NCBI GenBank assembly: GCA_001784175.1
Contig: MFPR01000028.1
Span: 327,614-391,613, forward strand
Direction of reading: 5' to 3'
From: Candidatus Lindowbacteria bacterium RIFCSPLOWO2_12_FULL_62_27
GTDB taxonomy: Bacteria > Lindowbacteria > 2-12-FULL-62-27
Length of the DNA: 64,000 nt
The notes beneath the pieces are model-generated. The model saw only the letters and a list, made by a program, of their open reading frames with translations. It searched no databases and was not told where the DNA came from. The translations under genes were made by a program, and so were the position numbers. Shown here one piece after another: positions 1 to 9,100 of the stretch (position 1 is the stretch's first letter; the number at the start of each line of letters is the position of its first letter).

Positions 1-258
1 GGCGCGCGCCCACCCCCGGCCGCGAAACGGGGCATTGAGCAGAAGCGCGAAGACGAGGCCCAGCGCGAGTTCCAATGCGACGGACATCAGTGAAAACGCC
101 AGCGTGACCCGCACCGATTGCGCCAGGATCTCGTCGCCGGCCATGCGGGGCACGGACGCCGCGCCCGAGACGGCCGTCCAGAGCGTGTGCGCGAGCGGAA
201 ATCCGAGCACGCACACCAGAAACGCGCCGGCCGGGAGCAGATACCGGTGGTTCTTCAT
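1..258 (-). CDS. Carbohydrate ABC transporter permease (5' part; runs off window start)
   Basis: ATG at 258 overlaps the upstream TGA (ATGA). Manual translation MKNHRYLLPAGAFLVCVLGFPLAHTLW...VTLAFSLMSVALELALGLVFALLLNAPFRGRG is MalF-type. Confidence 0.85.
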   Translation of the reverse strand, partial: MKNHRYLLPAGAFLVCVLGFPLAHTLWTAVSGAASVPRMAGDEILAQSVRVTLAFSLMSVALELALGLVFALLLNAPFRGRGWARA

Positions 259-1499
259 TGCAACGCCTGCCGGATTTTTTCCGCTGCGTCCTGAATCGCC
301 TTCTCCGGCGTGAGCTGGCCGACCAGGGCCGCGCTCACGTGGCGCTGGAGAATGTCCGAGATGCGCGAATACCGGGGATGCACGGGCCGGGGCCGCGCGG
401 CGAGGAGCACCGTGTAGAGTTCCTTGAAATGCGGACTGCCCTTCAAAATGTCCGCATCGTCAAACAGAGACTTTCGCGTCGGGATCGCGCCGGTCCGGAA
501 ATGGAAAACCTTTTGTTGCGCTGCTTGCGTCGCGAACTCGATGAACGACCACGCGGCGCCCGGGTGTTTCGAATACGCCGAGATGCCGTAGCCCCAGCCG
601 CCCAGCGTCGCCGCGCTGGTCTTTCCGGCGGCGTGGACCATCGGCACGATGCCGATCTTGCCGCGCACCGGCGATCCCTCCTTCTGGCACAGCGTCCACG
701 CGTAGGGCCAGTTGCGCATGAAGACGGCCCGGCCGTCCTGGAACATCTGCCGGCATTCCTCCTCCTGATAGGTCGTCACGCCCGGCGGCGCAAGCCGGGT
801 CGGCAGGCCGGCCAGCCATTCGAGGGCGCGGACCGATTCCGGAGAATCGAGCGTCACGCGGCCCTCCGCGTCGATCACGTCGCCGCCGAATCCCCAGAGG
901 ACCTCCAAAAACGCGCACACGAGGCCTTCGTATTGCTGGCCCTGAAAGACCAGCCCCCACCGGTCCGGCGGCGATTGCAGGGCCCGCGCGAGCTCGGCGA
1001 GTTCCTCGACGGTCCGCGGCGGCACGCGTTTTTCGGCGTCGAGCAGGTCCTTGCGGTAATAGAGCATCCCGGCGTCGGATTGCATAGGTACGCGATATAT
1101 TTTGGTTTGATAGATCGATCCGCTGATGTCGCCCGGTAAAAAATCAGCCCGTTCCTCCGCCGGGAACCGGTCGTCCAGCGGCAGGATCCAGCCGGCCGCC
1201 GCGAACTTCGGAACCCAGATCACGTCCATGAACACGACGTCGTAGGCGCCGTCCTGCGCCATGAACGACGCCGCATACATGTCCTCCCGCGTGTTCGTCG
1301 CGGCCGGCCCCTCGACCAGCTCCACCCGGAGGTCGGGCCGCGCGGCCTCGAATTGCCGGATGATTTCCTTGAAGCCGCCGCCGGAATCCGGCCCCGTCAA
1401 GAGCCGGATCACCGGCCGCGCGTCCTTCGTTCCGCACCCGCCGAAAAATCCGGCGGCCACGACGCCGATCAGCGCCGCTCGAACAGCTTTCGTGAGCAT
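255..1499 (-). CDS. Sugar ABC transporter substrate-binding lipoprotein
   Basis: Lipobox FFGGC; DVIWVPKFAAAGW, LYYRKDLL, FMRNWPYAW, TLGGW (SBP_bac_1, trehalose/maltose type). Confidence 0.92.
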   Translation of the reverse strand: MLTKAVRAALIGVVAAGFFGGCGTKDARPVIRLLTGPDSGGGFKEIIRQFEAARPDLRVELVEGPAATNTREDMYAASFMAQDGAYDVVFMDVIWVPKFAAAGWILPLDDRFPAEERADFLPGDISGSIYQTKIYRVPMQSDAGMLYYRKDLLDAEKRVPPRTVEELAELARALQSPPDRWGLVFQGQQYEGLVCAFLEVLWGFGGDVIDAEGRVTLDSPESVRALEWLAGLPTRLAPPGVTTYQEEECRQMFQDGRAVFMRNWPYAWTLCQKEGSPVRGKIGIVPMVHAAGKTSAATLGGWGYGISAYSKHPGAAWSFIEFATQAAQQKVFHFRTGAIPTRKSLFDDADILKGSPHFKELYTVLLAARPRPVHPRYSRISDILQRHVSAALVGQLTPEKAIQDAAEKIRQALQ

Positions 1500-1511
1500 C
1501 CAGACCGCCTC

Positions 1512-2897
1512 CTACAGATATTTGAATTTTATATAAGCCACCGCCAGCGCCGCGTAGGCGAGGGCGGAAATCGTCAGAAACGCAAGCGACACGCGGCCGG
1601 GTTTCAGCGGCGCCGGAAGAACGGGGCGCAGCCGGCCGTGGATCAGGACGATGAGCGCGGCCGTGAAGAGGCAGGTGCCGACAAACCCGATCAGCGCCGA
1701 CATCACGATGAGCTGGCCCGGCTGTTTCAAAAACATCGTGAGGCCGGTGACCGCCGTCAGAATCACGATCATCACGCGGTACCAGCGCCCCTCGTCGACG
1801 GCCCTCTCGCGGAAAAAATAAAACCGGATCATCTCCACGTGCACCTTCGCCACCGCGTCCGCCGTCGACAGCCATGTGTCGCACAGAAACGCGGCGGAAA
1901 TCAGAAGAAACAGCGCGCGGCCGGCCGCGCCCCACGTGACCTCGAAAAACCGGCTTTGCTCCGCCGCCAGCCGCCAGTCGTCCGGAAGGATACCCTTCGG
2001 AAACAGGATCGCGTAGGCCAGGAAACAGGTCATGTACGTCGTCAGAAGATTACCGAACACGCCGATGCCCGTGTCGACGAACAGGAAGTTCCGCCAGCGC
2101 CTGCCCTCCTTGGCAAGATCGCCGTCCGACGCGCTCGGAATCCGGCCCGCGTTCACAGGGTCCTTCGCGCAGGCGACGCCTTTGCCCAAAATCCAGTAAC
2201 TGTAAAACAACGTCCAGAACCCGCCGAGCCCCGCAAACGTGATCGCGGTGAGCAGCCGGTCGGTGTCGGAACTTTCCCAGGGCCGCGCCAATTTGTCCGG
2301 TACGATGATCGCCTTCAGAAACGCCGGCCACTGCGGCCGCAACTCGGGGCTCAGACAGCTCACGACGAGGCCCGCCAGTGTGACGAGCGACACCGCCCAC
2401 ATGATCTTCTCGATCAGCCAGTACGTCCGTTTCTGCGTGAGGAGCGCGAACATGAAAAGCAGAATGCTGAGGCTCGCCCAGAACAGGCTCCGGCCTCGTT
2501 CCGACAGGTCCGGCCAGTCGACCAGCTTCGCGAGCGCGGTGCCGCCGGCCGACGCGAACGCGCCGAACCAGAGGAAGGAAAGGATCATCAGGATCCACAA
2601 GAAAAATCCAAACGCCGGATGCAGCCGCACAAATCCACGCCAGATGCTCTCGCCGGTCAGCGCCGAATACCGGCCGATCTCAAACGTCACCGCGTATTGG
2701 AGCAGGCACGCGGGCGTCAGGAGAAACAAAAAACCGAGCCCGTACTTGGCGCACAAATACGGCCACCAGATCAGCTCGCCCGACCCCTGCGCGAGCGCCA
2801 TCCACACGATGCCGGGCCCCAGCGCAGCGCACCAGCCGCAAAACACGGGAAGGCGGCTCGTCCCGTAAGGCGCCGGCGGGCGGAAGTCGGGTTTCAT
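1512..2897 (-). CDS. NRAMP/APC-superfamily-like membrane transporter
   Basis: GPGIVWMALAQGSGELIWWP and EIGRYSALTGESIWRGF; about 11 hydrophobic segments. Confidence 0.75.
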   Translation of the reverse strand: MKPDFRPPAPYGTSRLPVFCGWCAALGPGIVWMALAQGSGELIWWPYLCAKYGLGFLFLLTPACLLQYAVTFEIGRYSALTGESIWRGFVRLHPAFGFFLWILMILSFLWFGAFASAGGTALAKLVDWPDLSERGRSLFWASLSILLFMFALLTQKRTYWLIEKIMWAVSLVTLAGLVVSCLSPELRPQWPAFLKAIIVPDKLARPWESSDTDRLLTAITFAGLGGFWTLFYSYWILGKGVACAKDPVNAGRIPSASDGDLAKEGRRWRNFLFVDTGIGVFGNLLTTYMTCFLAYAILFPKGILPDDWRLAAEQSRFFEVTWGAAGRALFLLISAAFLCDTWLSTADAVAKVHVEMIRFYFFRERAVDEGRWYRVMIVILTAVTGLTMFLKQPGQLIVMSALIGFVGTCLFTAALIVLIHGRLRPVLPAPLKPGRVSLAFLTISALAYAALAVAYIKFKYL

Positions 2898-2910
2898 CCG
2901 TCGGAAGGTG

Positions 2911-3426
2911 TCAAGAACCCCCGCCCGACTTTTCCTTGGACTTTTTTTCCTTCTCCTCGACCTTCTTCACTTCGGCGTCGATCTGTTTCCGCAGTTCCTG
3001 CACGTCCGCGTCCGTGTTGCCCTCGCTCGTCAAATCGTCCTCGCTCATGAATGCCTTGTCCTGCGCGGCCGAGACCACCACGTATTTGTCGGCGTCGTAT
3101 TCGCTGATCGACACGCCCGATCCCTCGTGATGGAGGCGGCCGTTCATGTAGAGACGGTAGGGCGTCTGCCAGTAATCCTGGCCGGGATCGCGGCCGGACG
3201 CCGAAAGGTTCGACCGGCAGAACTCGTCCATCCGGATCGAGGCGCTGGAGCTTCCGACCAGCTCGTACCGGATGAGCCGGTGGATTTGTTTGAGCTCGAA
3301 GGTCGTCATCACGCGCTTGGGAAGGGCCGCCATGCTGTCGACCACTTTTTCGGCGCTCTTCAGGCTGTCGGCCGCGCAGTAGCCGATGATCGCGACGGAA
3401 AGAACTTTGCAGGCGCCGCTGATCAT
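2911..3426 (-). CDS. Hypothetical protein with GspG/pseudopilin-like C-terminal motifs
   Basis: DYWQTPY and VVSAAQDKAFMSEDDL resemble the DPWGxPY...SAGPDG..GTxDDI motifs; ATGA coupling to the upstream gene. Confidence 0.55.
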   Translation of the reverse strand: MISGACKVLSVAIIGYCAADSLKSAEKVVDSMAALPKRVMTTFELKQIHRLIRYELVGSSSASIRMDEFCRSNLSASGRDPGQDYWQTPYRLYMNGRLHHEGSGVSISEYDADKYVVVSAAQDKAFMSEDDLTSEGNTDADVQELRKQIDAEVKKVEEKEKKSKEKSGGGS

Positions 3427-5495
3427 GCGTGCAGTTCCTCCTTCCGGCGCTGTACCGTCTCCTCGACCCAGACGCCCGAGAGGACGTTCGTGCGGAGGAT
3501 TTCGAAAAAGGCGCGCCGGGGCATGGCCAAGATTTTGGACGCGTCCAGCGCCGTCACGGTCGCGACCCTGGGCGTGTCCTCAAAGAGCGCGATCTCGCCG
3601 AAATAGTCGCCGGCCTTCAGGGTGGCGATCTGTTTTTGCGCGGACCCGCCGTAATTCTTCCAGACGGCGCCCGCGCCGTCCCTCAGAATGTAGAATTCCT
3701 CGGCCGGGTCGCCCTCCCGGATCAGCACGGCGCCTTTTTGGACGTCCCGTTCCTGAATTTCCACGATGACGCGATTCATGACCTCGGGCGGAACGTCCGC
3801 GAACATCGGCAGGTCTTTGAGGAACGCCGAAAGCTGGATGACCTTGGTGATCTGATCCCGGTGCTCGGTGTGGCCGGCAAGGAACTTGTCAAAAAAATAT
3901 TTGCGCAGCGTCAGGCAGACGAGCGGAGAGGTCGCACGCACGGTCGCGGTCCTGGGCGAGTTTTGGAGCAGCGCGATTTCGCCGAAGGAGTCCCGGTCCG
4001 TCAGGCGGGCCACGACGGTCCGAAGGCCGCTGGGCGCTTCGTGGATTACTTCGGCCTTGCCGTGGAAGATGATGTAAAAGGAGTCGCCCTCGTCACCCTG
4101 CCAGACCACCGCCCGGCCGCCGGCGAAAAATTCGACCGTCACATATTCGGCGAGTTTGGCGCGCCGGTCGGCCGGGAGCGCCGCGAAGAGGGGCACGGCG
4201 CCCAGAAATTCGAGAATTTCCTTTTCGGTCAGGCGCCGCATCTGCCGCGCCAGGAAGACGGCGCGGTTCCGGAGACGGTCCAGCGGCTTTTCGAACATGC
4301 CATACACATTCGCGGCGACAAACCGAAGGACGCCAAAGACGATCAGAAGGAGCGGAAAGAACATCGCGGCCGCGAAGACGGCGGCGGACAGCCGGTCCAC
4401 CGGCCGGCCGGCATGAAGGACCGTGTCGATCAGCTGGTTCAGACTTCCGGCCGTCGCGTCTCCGACGAACCGGTAGGCGGCGTACAGCCAGAGGACGGCG
4501 AACATGCCGTACCCGATGAGGGGCGTCTCGAATTGGAACGTCGACCGGAACGACAGGATCCGTCCGATGAGTTTTCGGCGGACAAAGTGCCGGAGTGTCT
4601 CCAGAAGGCGCGTCCTGCCGGACAGCCGGTCCAGGCATTTCAGCAGTTCCCCGGGAAGAAACGGCGATCCGTCCGCAAACGAGTACGCGAGGCAGGCCGC
4701 CATCCATATCCCGGCGGCGGGCCATGCGCCGGTCAGAACCGCAACGGCGCCGATGCAGGCGAGCGCTCCGGGAAAGATGAGGGCCGCAAGATGAAACCTC
4801 AGCGTGGCGGACCACCCGCGCGTCAGAATGCCGGAATCGTCGAGCGCAACCCCGGGAACGCCGCCCTTCAGCGTCAGACCGGCCCGCGGGGGATCGGACA
4901 AGATGCCCGAGAGGAAAACATATTTGAACAAATTCTTGGACGAATGGATGACCAGGAAACTCAGGAACCAGACGCCGAGCGCGGCGCCCTCCCGGCCGCC
5001 GATGGTCAAGAGGTCAAAGCGGTCGAAATGGGCGAAGAGCACATAAAGGGCAACCCCGGCCGGCGCGACCAACAAACCGACAAATAAAAAGGAGTCCATC
5101 CATTTCGCGATCGGGCGCAGGAGCCGCGCCGGTCCCGCCGGAATCTCGATCGCCGGGCGGCAAGTGGGCTTGGGCGCGTACGGCCGGAATACCGCGTGTT
5201 TCAAAAGCGCCGATTCCGATTCGGCCGGCAGGAAAGAATGTTCGAGCAACCGGAAAATGAGGTCAAACACTTTTTTGTAGGCGTATGTCCCATGACGACT
5301 GTGGTACGCCTGCAGAAGCGCCGCCGCGCTCTTCGGCGTTCTCAGATGCTCGATCAGCTCCAGTTCCTCGGCATCCACGAACAGGAATTCGCCGCCCTCG
5401 GTCCGACGCACGACCGAGTCGTTCCGGAACGGCGAAACAGTGAACGGCCGGACGCTGATCGGTATATCCTGGACCGTCCTGAGATCGGTCGTCAT
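3423..5495 (-). CDS. Membrane protein with M50-peptidase-like domain and two cyclic-nucleotide-binding domains
   Basis: Two cNMP motifs (FGEIALLQNSPRTATVRA, YFGEIALFEDTPRVATVTA); central multi-TM region; soluble N-terminal domain. Confidence 0.85.
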   Translation of the reverse strand: MTTDLRTVQDIPISVRPFTVSPFRNDSVVRRTEGGEFLFVDAEELELIEHLRTPKSAAALLQAYHSRHGTYAYKKVFDLIFRLLEHSFLPAESESALLKHAVFRPYAPKPTCRPAIEIPAGPARLLRPIAKWMDSFLFVGLLVAPAGVALYVLFAHFDRFDLLTIGGREGAALGVWFLSFLVIHSSKNLFKYVFLSGILSDPPRAGLTLKGGVPGVALDDSGILTRGWSATLRFHLAALIFPGALACIGAVAVLTGAWPAAGIWMAACLAYSFADGSPFLPGELLKCLDRLSGRTRLLETLRHFVRRKLIGRILSFRSTFQFETPLIGYGMFAVLWLYAAYRFVGDATAGSLNQLIDTVLHAGRPVDRLSAAVFAAAMFFPLLLIVFGVLRFVAANVYGMFEKPLDRLRNRAVFLARQMRRLTEKEILEFLGAVPLFAALPADRRAKLAEYVTVEFFAGGRAVVWQGDEGDSFYIIFHGKAEVIHEAPSGLRTVVARLTDRDSFGEIALLQNSPRTATVRATSPLVCLTLRKYFFDKFLAGHTEHRDQITKVIQLSAFLKDLPMFADVPPEVMNRVIVEIQERDVQKGAVLIREGDPAEEFYILRDGAGAVWKNYGGSAQKQIATLKAGDYFGEIALFEDTPRVATVTALDASKILAMPRRAFFEILRTNVLSGVWVEETVQRRKEELHA

Positions 5496-5606
5496 GTCAC
5501 AGAACTACTATCTAAGCCCGCGTGCTCCGGCAACCCGCCCGGCGCGATCGCCCGTATATCCTTAACCGTCTCGACGCTCTCTTCAAAGCATGGTACACGG
5601 GCGCCG

Positions 5607-7253
5607 ATGAACCTTTCGCGGACGTTGCTCGGCTTGGCGGCCGCAGTGATCTGTGTTCTGGCGGCGCGATCCCTCATCACCAAGGGGCGTTCTGTTTCCC
5701 ATGAGGTTGAATTCGCAGGGAATGTCATCACATTTCATCCGGGGACGGACAAATTTCGCGGGCTCTCCCATGAAGAACGAGCGGACCATCTGGCCCGGCT
5801 GGCCGAAGAGGTTCTTGGATACGCCCAAACACAAACCGGACTTCAAAGCGCCGCTGATCTTGTCCCGAGGCTGCGGCCGGGCGGTCCCGGAGAAATACTG
5901 ATCGGCGGGACGGCCGATGCGAGCGCGGCAGAAACCCTGAGAAACAATGAACGCTTCGGCCAGTCCATCCCTGTCAGCGAAAAATGGAAATTTCAGATTT
6001 CAAGCCTGGTGGATGAGATCACGGAAAGAGATGGCCGGCCCCACGGACGTGCGATCTCAAGAGACGGCGCGGTGATCCGGCTGGCCGGGGTTTCAGATAC
6101 GGAATTCCGGAGCCTGCGCCTGTCGCAGGAAACCCGGCACTACATGGCCCGGGCGATGATCTACAGAGACATCGTCCTCGCGGCGGGCGCGGGGCCGAAC
6201 ATCCCGGACCATGAGAAGCTTGAGGCCCTGCTGGACTGGACGTTCGTGAATGTGTCCGCGCACTTCGAACGGGAGGTCCCTCCTTATCCCCGATTGGTCG
6301 ACTATAACGACGTCCCGCTCGGCCTCATGTTAAGAGGCATGGGCGACTGCGACCGGAGCGTGTGGGTGCTGGCGACCCTCGCGTGGCACGCGGGATTCGA
6401 AGCCAACATCGTCTACCTGCACCGGACGATCGGCGCCATCTCGTTCCACGCCGTGGCCGAAATCAAGCTGAACGGGCGGTGGCGGGCGGTCGATCCGTAT
6501 AACAACAGGTTGTACGATGAATCCGTCATCGAGCTTTCAAAACACGATCCGGATTTCAAATACGCCCGCGTGATGTTCAATCCGTTCGAGCCTGAGGGAC
6601 TCCTGCCGGCCGTGAAAGTGGCCGAGATGATCGGCCGCTTCTATGCGCCTGGCCAGAGGCTTTTTTTTGATATCCAAAAACCGGTGAAAACATTTGTCGC
6701 CGACCATTTCTCCGGAAAAAATCCGCAAGAATACATCGACCGGACAACGGCGCAAATCCTCTTGCATACCTCCCGCGGAGAATTGGTCAGGCTTCCGGGC
6801 GCCGACGTTTTCATCCGCAGATGGGATCATCCATTTCTCTTGCGGGTTTATTACTATGAGGATATGTGGCGCTTGAAAAAAGAGGCGGATTTTCCGTTCA
6901 TGAAGACACTCCGCCGCCCGAGGATTGATCAATTGACGGGACGATACAAAGAAGCCGCCCTTGCTTTCGCCTCGCTGTCCCGGGACGGGGGAGACACAGG
7001 TTTGTACGGCGAGGAGCGCGAATATTTCATGATCCTCAACGAGTATGATGAAAAGGATTTCACCTCGGTGGAAAAAAACGTCCGGGCATACAGAAAAAAA
7101 TATCCGCTAACTCCCCGCAACATCATGCTCGGATACCTGCTGGCGCACAGTCTGCACGCCCTCGGCCGACTTGAGGAGGCGGTCGGCGAATACCCCGCGG
7201 GCGCCAATTTCAAATGGCGAGGCGTCCCGCGAGGCGTCCCGCCGTCCAATTGA
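5607..7253 (+). CDS. Transglutaminase-like domain protein with C-terminal TPR-like helices
   Basis: Start ATG 5607 followed by a signal/anchor. Cys-His-Asp triad in GMGDCDR...HAVAEIKLNGRWRAVDP. Confidence 0.75.
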   Translation: MNLSRTLLGLAAAVICVLAARSLITKGRSVSHEVEFAGNVITFHPGTDKFRGLSHEERADHLARLAEEVLGYAQTQTGLQSAADLVPRLRPGGPGEILIGGTADASAAETLRNNERFGQSIPVSEKWKFQISSLVDEITERDGRPHGRAISRDGAVIRLAGVSDTEFRSLRLSQETRHYMARAMIYRDIVLAAGAGPNIPDHEKLEALLDWTFVNVSAHFEREVPPYPRLVDYNDVPLGLMLRGMGDCDRSVWVLATLAWHAGFEANIVYLHRTIGAISFHAVAEIKLNGRWRAVDPYNNRLYDESVIELSKHDPDFKYARVMFNPFEPEGLLPAVKVAEMIGRFYAPGQRLFFDIQKPVKTFVADHFSGKNPQEYIDRTTAQILLHTSRGELVRLPGADVFIRRWDHPFLLRVYYYEDMWRLKKEADFPFMKTLRRPRIDQLTGRYKEAALAFASLSRDGGDTGLYGEEREYFMILNEYDEKDFTSVEKNVRAYRKKYPLTPRNIMLGYLLAHSLHALGRLEEAVGEYPAGANFKWRGVPRGVPPSN

Positions 7254-7278
7254 CACGCCCCGACGCGGTTGGCATACT
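7250..7278 (+). promoter_or_regulatory. Sigma70-type promoter of the thrC-like operon (probably leaderless or near-leaderless)
   Basis: TTGACA 7250-7255, 17-bp spacer, TG-n-CATACT 7273-7278; ATG at 7287 with no Shine-Dalgarno. Confidence 0.7.
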
Positions 7279-7286
7279 CTGTGCAC

Positions 7287-8528
7287 ATGAACACCGGGCT
7301 CAAGTGCCGGGAATGCGGGCGGGAGTATCCGAATGCGCCGGTCCACGTGTGCGAGTATTGTTTCGGCCCGCTCGAAATCCGGTACGACTATGACGAAATC
7401 AAGAAGCGGCTGACCCGCGAAACCATCCTGTCCCGCCGGCCCAACATGTGGCGGTACAAGGAACTTTTGCCGCTCGACGGCGAGCCGACGGTCGGCCAGG
7501 ATGTGGGGTTCACGCCGTTCTTCAAAGCCGAGCGGCTCGGCAAGGCGCTTGGGCTGTCCAATCTCTATATTAAAAACGACGCGGTGAACCATCCGACGCT
7601 GTCCTTCAAGGACCGCGTGGTGAGCGTGGCGCTGTCGAAGGCGAAGGAGTTCGGCTTCAAGACCGTCGCCTGCGCCTCCACCGGCAATCTTGCCAATTCT
7701 GTCGCCGCCAATGCCGCCCAGGCCGGCCTCGAGGCCTACGTCTTCATGCCGGCCAACCTCGAGCAGGGCAAGATCATCGGCACGCAGCTCTACGGGGCGC
7801 ACCTCGTCGGGATCAGCGGCCATTACGACGACGTCAACCGCCTTTGCTCCGAAATCGCCGGCAAATACGGCTGGGCCTTTGTCAACATCAACATCCGGCC
7901 CTATTACGCCGAAGGCTCCAAATCCTTCGGGTACGAGCTGGTGGAACAGCTCGGCTGGAAACTGCCGGACGAAATCGTCGTCCCGATGGCCGGCGGATCG
8001 CTCATCTGCAAAATTTTGAAGTCCTTTGAGGAGTTCATTCGCATCGGGATCATCCGCGGGCCCGTCGGCACGCGGTTCCACGGCGCCCAGGGCGCCGGCT
8101 GCGCGCCGATTGTCTCCGCTGTCAAGGCCCGCATGGATTTTTTCAAGCCGGTCAAGGAACCCAAAACGATCGCCAAGTCTCTGGCGATCGGCAATCCCGC
8201 CGACGGGTACTACGCGATCAAGCAAATCCGCCAGAGTGGCGGCTGGGCGGAAGACCCGACGGACGAGGAAATCGTTGATTCGATCAAGCTCCTGGCGCGC
8301 ACCGAGGGCGTGTTCACCGAAACGGCGGGCGGCGTCACCATCGGCGGCCTGCGCCGGCTCGTGAAGGAGAAGCGGATCGATCCGGACGCGACCGTCGTCG
8401 CCTGCATCACGGGCAACGGCCTCAAGACGCAGGAGGCCGTGGCCGGCCATGTCTCGGAATTCCCGGTGATTCCGGCCAAGCTCGACGCCTTCGACGCCTA
8501 CTTCGAATCCTCCTCCAAGGCGGCCTGA
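7287..8528 (+). CDS. thrC: Threonine synthase-like fold-type II PLP enzyme
   Basis: N-terminal CxxC...CxxC; NHPTLSFKDR (PLP lysine), ASTGN, VPMAGG, ETAGG, ITGNGLK. Confidence 0.88.
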   Translation: MNTGLKCRECGREYPNAPVHVCEYCFGPLEIRYDYDEIKKRLTRETILSRRPNMWRYKELLPLDGEPTVGQDVGFTPFFKAERLGKALGLSNLYIKNDAVNHPTLSFKDRVVSVALSKAKEFGFKTVACASTGNLANSVAANAAQAGLEAYVFMPANLEQGKIIGTQLYGAHLVGISGHYDDVNRLCSEIAGKYGWAFVNINIRPYYAEGSKSFGYELVEQLGWKLPDEIVVPMAGGSLICKILKSFEEFIRIGIIRGPVGTRFHGAQGAGCAPIVSAVKARMDFFKPVKEPKTIAKSLAIGNPADGYYAIKQIRQSGGWAEDPTDEEIVDSIKLLARTEGVFTETAGGVTIGGLRRLVKEKRIDPDATVVACITGNGLKTQEAVAGHVSEFPVIPAKLDAFDAYFESSSKAA

Positions 8529-8533
8529 TCCGA

Positions 8534-9052
8534 ATGTCCATCACGATCCGCATCCCGACACCGCTCCGGAAGCTCACGGGCGACGCCGAGGAGGTCCGGA
8601 TCGACGCCGTGACCCTCCGCGACATGATCACGACGCTTGAGCGGCAGTACCCCGGCATCAAGGACCGGCTCTGCGACGAGTCGGGGGAAGTCCGCCGGTT
8701 CATCAACGTCTTCGTGAACGACGAGGACGTCCGGTTCATGGAGGGCCAGGCCACGCAACTCAAGGACGGCGACGTCGTGTCGATCGTCCCCGCCGTCGCC
8801 GGCGGGGCACGGATCAAGAAAAAATATTATCTGAACGTCCCGCAGAAACTCATCAAGGAGCCCCTGATCTATCAGCTCGTCAAAAAATACGACGTCGTGC
8901 CCAACATCCGCCAGGCCAGCATCTCGGACGAGATCGGCGTCGTCGCCGTCGAGATCGAAGGCGAACCCGCGTCCGTCGAATCGGCCACCAAGTTCCTCCA
9001 GGAACTCGGCGTCAGCGTCGAACCCATCGAAATCAACGTCATCGAAGGCTGA
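8534..9052 (+). CDS. MoaD/ThiS/CysO ubiquitin-like protein fused to a C-terminal NIL domain
   Basis: Residues 1-91 (IRIPTPLRKLTG...FINVFVNDEDVRF...IVPAVAGG) continue in frame into NIL-like EPLIYQLVKKYDVVPNIRQASI...GVSVEPIE. Confidence 0.88.
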   Translation: MSITIRIPTPLRKLTGDAEEVRIDAVTLRDMITTLERQYPGIKDRLCDESGEVRRFINVFVNDEDVRFMEGQATQLKDGDVVSIVPAVAGGARIKKKYYLNVPQKLIKEPLIYQLVKKYDVVPNIRQASISDEIGVVAVEIEGEPASVESATKFLQELGVSVEPIEINVIEG

Positions 9053-9100
9053 CCGTCCCGCCTATTGCTTCGCGCGCCCGGATGAAATACCTTCGGCGCC

